Below, one piece after another: positions 58,501 to 64,000 of a stretch of 64,000 nucleotides of DNA. The stretch comes from Craspedostauros australis (taxonomy: Eukaryota): positions 1 to 64,000 of the forward strand of contig JALAGF010000415.1 in assembly GCA_030167865.1 (NCBI GenBank), read 5' to 3'. Positions within the stretch are counted from its first letter, which is position 1. Each line of letters starts with the position of its first letter. The position numbers were made by a program, and so were the translations under genes. Under the pieces are notes generated by a model that was given only the letters and a program-made list of their open reading frames with translations, was not told the origin of the DNA and searched no databases.

Positions 58501-61127
58501 GACCGCGATCCTTTCTCTTCTCCTGTTCCTGTTCCGGTTCCTTCTCCAACAACCCCCTCTCCTGACGGCCTTCCCCAATACACTCCCCTGCCTGTATTCC
58601 CATCATCGCTCGACTCACCCGCAGGGATGAAGGAATTGTCCACCGAGGCACCGCATTCGCGTGCAAAGGACGATCTGTCCGATGGGTCAGACGAGGACAG
58701 CTTCTTCGATGGCAACGACAATGACGATCCCAACGACTATCGGAAACCATCCACCGGATATCCCGAGGACGACGATGACATGTACAGCCAGGCCAAGTGC
58801 AGGAATGACTATTACAACGTGGACGACGATGATGAAGATGGCGCCATTGCCGACGAAGACAGCGTGGAAAAACACCTCGGCACAGCCGGAGTCGACGACA
58901 ACTCCGAAGGTCAAGAACGTGAATTTCAGTCCGAACAAGCTCGCCTGTCCTTCTCCACCAAAGGTTCGCAGACCAAAATCCTCAAGCACAGCCAGGGCAG
59001 AGGCGCGTACCACGACGAGGAGGACGGCGATTTGTACAGCTACGACAGCCGCGATGAAGATGATATCGAGGAACAAGACCGCTACCAACGACGCAAGCGG
59101 TTCTTTGAGATTGTCTTCGCCGTGGTGTGCTGTTGCTGCCTGACGATCATCGGCATCGTGCTGGCTGTCGTCTTCATCACCCGTGACAATGATGACGATG
59201 GCGCGCCAGCAACATCGCCGCCAACGCCACAACCAACTCGGGCACCGATCGCGTTCGTTGATGATGTCGACGACGACTTCATCTTCCAACCATTGCTGTT
59301 TGCCCCGGCGATGATCACAACGTTCATGGCACCTGCTGACGGAGACTGTGACAACACCAACCAGGAGGGCTTTCCAAACGTCCTCGATCAATGTGCTTGC
59401 AACGGGAGGATCAGCGTTTTGCCCATCGACGTGGTTCAGATGCGCGCTTTGCTTTTGCAGATCTTGTCACCGCTCTTCTACCCTCCGCTCGAAGGCACCA
59501 ACTCTACCAACAGCACAGATCCAGCTTCCACATTCCCGCATGAGGTTACATCCTGCGACGCAGCCAACCTTGCCATGGTGTGGCTCGCATCAGGCGACAT
59601 GCGAGACTCCGGGCATCTGCGACAACGTTACGCATTAGCAGTCATGTATTTCGCCATGCAGGGTCTGCGCGACAGACGATGGGTGTACTCGGACGGATGG
59701 CTGTCGGACTTGAACGAATGCCTTTGGCTTGGTGTGCAGTGCAACAACCAAGACGTCGTGAATTCATTGGCGCTGGAGAGCAACAACGTTTACGGAACCG
59801 TGAGTGCCCATGCGTTGCTTTGATCGTGGTTGATTGACAGTATATCATGGGATACTGCGCTCGTATTTGTGGCGAAGTGCGAAGTGCTTGTTGTGCTTTC
59901 AATTGTGAGCACAGAAACTGTAGTGCGGGTGGAGTATGGCATTCCATGATACTAGTATGCCAGGGTATGCAATGCATCAACGGTTGCACATTGGTCTTGC
60001 CTTGTACAGGAACAACACGGCACTGCACGTCTCACTTACTTCCCCAATGTGCGACTTGCTGTACCTCAACGACTACACCTTCCTTTCCAATCCTCTTCAT
60101 GCGTCACACGTATCCATGCTCCTCCCTTTTCGCCAACATCATCGTGGTGGGCAACAATCCATGTCATGACGGCACACAGTTACCAACAGAGATTTCCAAA
60201 CTGGAAGGCATCGCAGCCATATCATTATCTCGCAACCAACTCAGCGGCAACTTCCCAACGGAAATTTACTCGCTGCCTCGGCTGAGAGAGCTGCGTTTAT
60301 ATTCCAACCGCCTGAGAGGCAGGTTGCCGTCTGAAATCGGACATGCCACAGCGCTGCAGAGCTTGCTGATCTACACCAATACATTCACCGCTCGACTTCC
60401 ATCCGAATTGGGACGTCTGACCAAGCTGACCCATCTGGACCTTGGGGATAACCTCTTCAAGAATGCGATCCCCAGCGAGCTGGGCAAGCTGACGGAGCTC
60501 CAAATTCTCTCGCTGTTCCGCAACCAATTCAGCGGCGCGTTGCCGAGCGAAATCGGCGCACTGACGAATCTCCAGAACGTCTCGCTGTCGAAGAACACCG
60601 GGTTGGTTGGCGAGATCCCCACCACGATTGGAAACTGCAAGGCTTTGCTGAATTGGCAAATCGATGAGACTGGCGTCGGTGGTCCGCTCCCCACCGAGAT
60701 GGGACAGTTGTCTGAACTGTACGAGCTGGTCCTCAAGGACAGCAACTTCCGAGGCACGTTGCCAACCGAGTGGGGCAGCATGCTCGGCCTCCACCTGTTA
60801 ACTCTGTCGGACAACGAGGAGCTCACTGGAGACCTGCCCAGCGAGCTTGGGGAGCTCACGAACTTGGTCCGCATCATCGCCGAAAACACAAAATTCAGCG
60901 GTGAACTGCCGAAGGAGCTCGGTAACTTGAAGCAGCTCGAGACCCTGAATATTCGACGAACCAGCGTGGCCGGGTCAGTCCCATCGGAGATCTGCGCGTT
61001 GCGCACGGAGGCCAAGCTCGAAAGGTTCCTAGCGCCATGCGAAAGCGGAATCAACAGCATCTTGCAGTGCGAGGTCCCAGCATGCTGTACTAGCTGCAGA
61101 AACCGGCCTGAAAATGCCTTTCGGTGA
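55591..61127 (+). CDS. Type II single-pass LRR receptor-like protein with very long disordered N-terminus, at least 2 exons
   Basis: Exon 55591-59799, intron 59800 (GTGAGT)..60179 (CAG), exon 60180-61127 (VYGT|LPTEISK). RRKR + CCCC + TM, PT stalk, ECLWLGVQC cap, LRRs, C-terminal ACCTSC. Clear paralog of 40300-42907. Confidence 0.87.
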
Positions 61128-61914
61128 TAAGGACGCGCTCGTCCGTTGTTTAAGGGCGCTGGCTGCCATCCCACTCGTGCATCAGGAGAGGACGTGAAAT
61201 CGTTGGATTCGATATGAGCGGAGAGATGACCAAGTGAACGAAGAGACAGAGAGAAAGGAAACCAAGGGTCCGAGTTTGCGGCAAACGAATCTCTAGAGAG
61301 AGTGCGTCATGTGCGTACTCGTGGTTCAGAGCAACGTGATAGAAGACGGCACGAGACGAAGACCTAGGTGCGAGTATTGGTAGTGTGTGACCAAAGCAAG
61401 CAGTCGCATGGTGCAAGCAACGACCAGGCTCAGACTGATGCATAGTATGGACGTTTCATCTGTCTCGCTCTGTATGGCGCGCATCTCGATCGCGATTTCT
61501 GGGTCCTGTCTGTGCAAGCATTATACGAGTGTAGATAAAGTGCGCTTTCTCGTCTGCACCAAGTACGTGTATTCGTGCCACAGTCGCTCGTAGACTACTG
61601 TAGAGAGAGAGAGCACCACAACATGCTCGCGATCATTGATGCGAGTTCCCCATTCGATTGGACACCACAATCCGACGCATACGTAAGTCTGTTCGCCAGT
61701 ACCCCATGCTTGACGTCCTGTTCTTGGTTCCATCTGTTTTACTTGTACGTATTATGTGTAGTGATTGCCAGTAAAACCGTTAATTTCATGTTGATGTTCT
61801 ATTATATAATATAGATGGTAGGTACGGTGCTATGCACCATGTCTTTCTATGTGCTACCTGTTGTGTACGGCGGGTGCTCATGGAGCAGCAGCCGGCTAGG
61901 TCCACGTCCTCTCT

Positions 61915-64000
61915 TTATGCGGCGACGATGTCCTGAGGTGTCGCTGCTGTAGAATGCGCCACGCTCTCGTAGTCCAGCATGGGCTGGATGGGTTGGTCGT
62001 CGCCTGTATCGTAAACCAGCACCTTGCCATTGTCGGTGATTTCTGGTCCATAGTCACTGTCGTTGTCGTCGTCATCGCCCACACCACCATGCTTCTTCAT
62101 CCGCGGGCCGTCCAAAGCACGCATGGCGCTGCTTGATTGTTGGTTGGCATCCTCGGAGGATGCACTCCTGACGACTGACTGGACGCAGTTCTTGGATGCT
62201 CGAGGCGGTGGACGGCCCATCAGGCCGCGCAAAGCCCAGCGGAAGGTGTCGGTGAACAGGACCGGCACGGGACGCACCACCACGTGAAGATCATCGTCGA
62301 CATCAATCTCAATGTTGCTGCTAGTTTCGCTGGAGGAATCTTGAAGGAGGAGACCTTGGCTGGAGGCGATCTCGTCGTCCAGAGTCTTTCGCTCCAGCTC
62401 ATCCTGATCTCGGAAGAATTGGTTGACTGCCTTCATGACGAACGTGTTGAGGAGCGCCAGCAAGACAGCGCCGGCTGCCAAGACGTACGATCCGTTTTCG
62501 ATTCGAGATTCGATGCTGAAACATTGCGCGTCTTCCGATTTCAGGATGCCGACGTAAACCAGCTGGTTGAAGGTGGGTTCGAGGCTCTCGCAGTACGAGT
62601 TGATCATGAACTCGGATACCTGCCCCAGCTGCCAGCTCGCGACGAAGATGGCGATCAGGTACACCTCGGCGTACTGCCATGCCTGGAGCATCTCGATCAA
62701 GATGGCCATGCGCCAACGGAGCTTGGGCGCGACGGGAAGAACCCATTGGACCAGCAGCGCGATGGCCTGCAATACTGGAACGACGAGCACGGAGAAGACC
62801 AGAAGCGCCGAAAGCGTTCCGAGGCCGATGAGATCGCTTGTGCCGCCGAGGAACTCGGCTTGTTCCATGAGGAGCTCCACGATGGTGAAGACCGTGTGAT
62901 CAGTGTTTGCTTCAGTAAAGCCCTGGCCGGACTCGACGGCAACACCCACCATACCAAGCAATTCCAGCGAGAACGAGGGCATCAAGCATCCCCAGACCAC
63001 GAGCACGCACAGTGCGGCTGCCGTGACGGAGACCACCACGCTGACCCCGCGTCGTGGGACGAGCTTCTCCCGCTCACCTCGATGAGGACGGGTGAAGGTG
63101 TGCGTGGCCAGCTGAGTTCGTTTCGCCTTCATGTCCATCAGTGCGGGGGTGCTGGATTGCTCACCTCCCAAACATTCTTGGTCTCCCACAATGTCACCCA
63201 GCTTGTCTCGTTCTGCCTTGTACTTCTTCGTGGCCACATCGACGATCTTGCGATGGTAATGGATGATGAAATGCGAGCTGACCTGGGAAATCAGCTGCGC
63301 GATCATGTTGGCGTAGAGACCCCAGAGCGGGACCACGAGCAAGTCCAGAGAGTAGAAGCCGTTGGGGAGGAAGGCGACGTCCGGGCTTTGGACGGACACT
63401 CTGAACGCCGCGAGCGAGATGACCAGAACGAAGATATCCACCATGGACCACTTGCCGAGGCAATCCAGCCACACGAGGATCGACCCGCGTCGGGAAACGG
63501 GGACTCTGCTCGGTGGGAGGAACCACAGGGCAAGCGTAATGAGCTGCTTGGAGTACGGCCACAGACCAGAGAAGAGGAAGATCATCACGGCCAACTCGCG
63601 ACCACCGGCGTTCCAAATGTCAATGGTTGACTTGGCCATGCTGAATTCGAAGAACTGCTCGACGCTGAACGATTCGCCAGCGAGCTTGCCCTGGATGTTG
63701 ACAGTGGCTCCCAGGCTAAGATGCCCGCTCAGGAAGAAGCCAATGTTGCCGAGAATGATCAGAGGCATCGAGATGCGCAGCCACAGAGGCAGGATGGGAC
63801 TCGTGAAGAGCGAGTGTGTGGTTTCGTTCAGCTCGTCGTCCATGTCACGTTGTCGGCGCTGCATGCGAAGGATGCGATCGACTTTGCTCTTCGAGAGGGT
63901 GCGCAGCCATCGTCTGTGCCGCCGTCTCACGATGCACCTGATGGTGCACATGAGGAAAGCTACGATTGCGACAAGCGACAGACATGTTGCACCGACGGCC
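61915..64000 (-). CDS. Multi-pass membrane protein with two PqiA (paraquat-inducible protein A)-like domains; 5' end outside the window
   Basis: IFLFSGLWPYSK...LGKWSMVDIFV and LVFSVLVVP...LQAWQYAEVY segments. The frame stays open to the window edge (AVGATCLSLVAIVAFL precedes ATG 63951). Confidence 0.8.
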   Translation of the reverse strand, partial: AVGATCLSLVAIVAFLMCTIRCIVRRRHRRWLRTLSKSKVDRILRMQRRQRDMDDELNETTHSLFTSPILPLWLRISMPLIILGNIGFFLSGHLSLGATVNIQGKLAGESFSVEQFFEFSMAKSTIDIWNAGGRELAVMIFLFSGLWPYSKQLITLALWFLPPSRVPVSRRGSILVWLDCLGKWSMVDIFVLVISLAAFRVSVQSPDVAFLPNGFYSLDLLVVPLWGLYANMIAQLISQVSSHFIIHYHRKIVDVATKKYKAERDKLGDIVGDQECLGGEQSSTPALMDMKAKRTQLATHTFTRPHRGEREKLVPRRGVSVVVSVTAAALCVLVVWGCLMPSFSLELLGMVGVAVESGQGFTEANTDHTVFTIVELLMEQAEFLGGTSDLIGLGTLSALLVFSVLVVPVLQAIALLVQWVLPVAPKLRWRMAILIEMLQAWQYAEVYLIAIFVASWQLGQVSEFMINSYCESLEPTFNQLVYVGILKSEDAQCFSIESRIENGSYVLAAGAVLLALLNTFVMKAVNQFFRDQDELERKTLDDEIASSQGLLLQDSSSETSSNIEIDVDDDLHVVVRPVPVLFTDTFRWALRGLMGRPPPRASKNCVQSVVRSASSEDANQQSSSAMRALDGPRMKKHGGVGDDDDNDSDYGPEITDNGKVLVYDTGDDQPIQPMLDYESVAHSTAATPQDIVAA

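Noticed and set aside
59847-60179. Cys-rich N-terminal extension of the 426-aa LRR ORF
   Set aside because: It lies inside the inferred intron 59800-60179; the paralog has an intron at the same position and no such segment.
1-64000. Transposable elements, tRNA/rRNA genes, telomeric repeats
   Set aside because: No RT, integrase or transposase motifs, terminal repeats, cloverleaf or rRNA-like sequence were recognised by eye. Only short (AG)n/(CT)n microsatellites were seen (e.g. ~11211, ~21803, ~45933, ~50750, ~55107).

Overview
Gene-dense eukaryotic nuclear DNA, most likely from a (pennate) diatom. The evidence is GT-AG introns, several proteins with a signal peptide plus ASAF-type plastid-targeting motif, DUF6824 and type-II membrane LRR families, and an RXL/KXXK cell-wall-type protein. 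About 22 protein-coding genes can be supported: an ARM-like protein, a tail-anchored truncated hemoglobin, a DedA/VTT protein, a 2OG-Fe(II) oxygenase, a DnaJ protein, a PDZ protein, PRP38, a YqgF-like protein, a membrane SAP-domain protein, MnmG/GidA, an NAD(P)-binding epimerase-like protein, two paralogous LRR receptor-like genes, a DOT1-like methyltransferase, a cytochrome P450, a DUF6824 protein, RAD18 and a 5'-truncated PqiA-domain gene. I saw no rRNA, tRNA, CRISPR array or recognisable transposon. The standout is a secreted protein of about 1485 aa (14009-18466, minus strand). It is built from collagen-register (Gly-Pro-Ser)n runs, silaffin-like KGKGNK motifs and two kinds of Cys-rich module, behind a signal peptide and an RXL site, making it a candidate extracellular matrix, adhesive or frustule scaffold. 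Two short motifs (GAGTACTC and TACCATAC) recur strongly, and I found them only in non-coding DNA. All family calls come from motif recognition by eye; no database searches were run.
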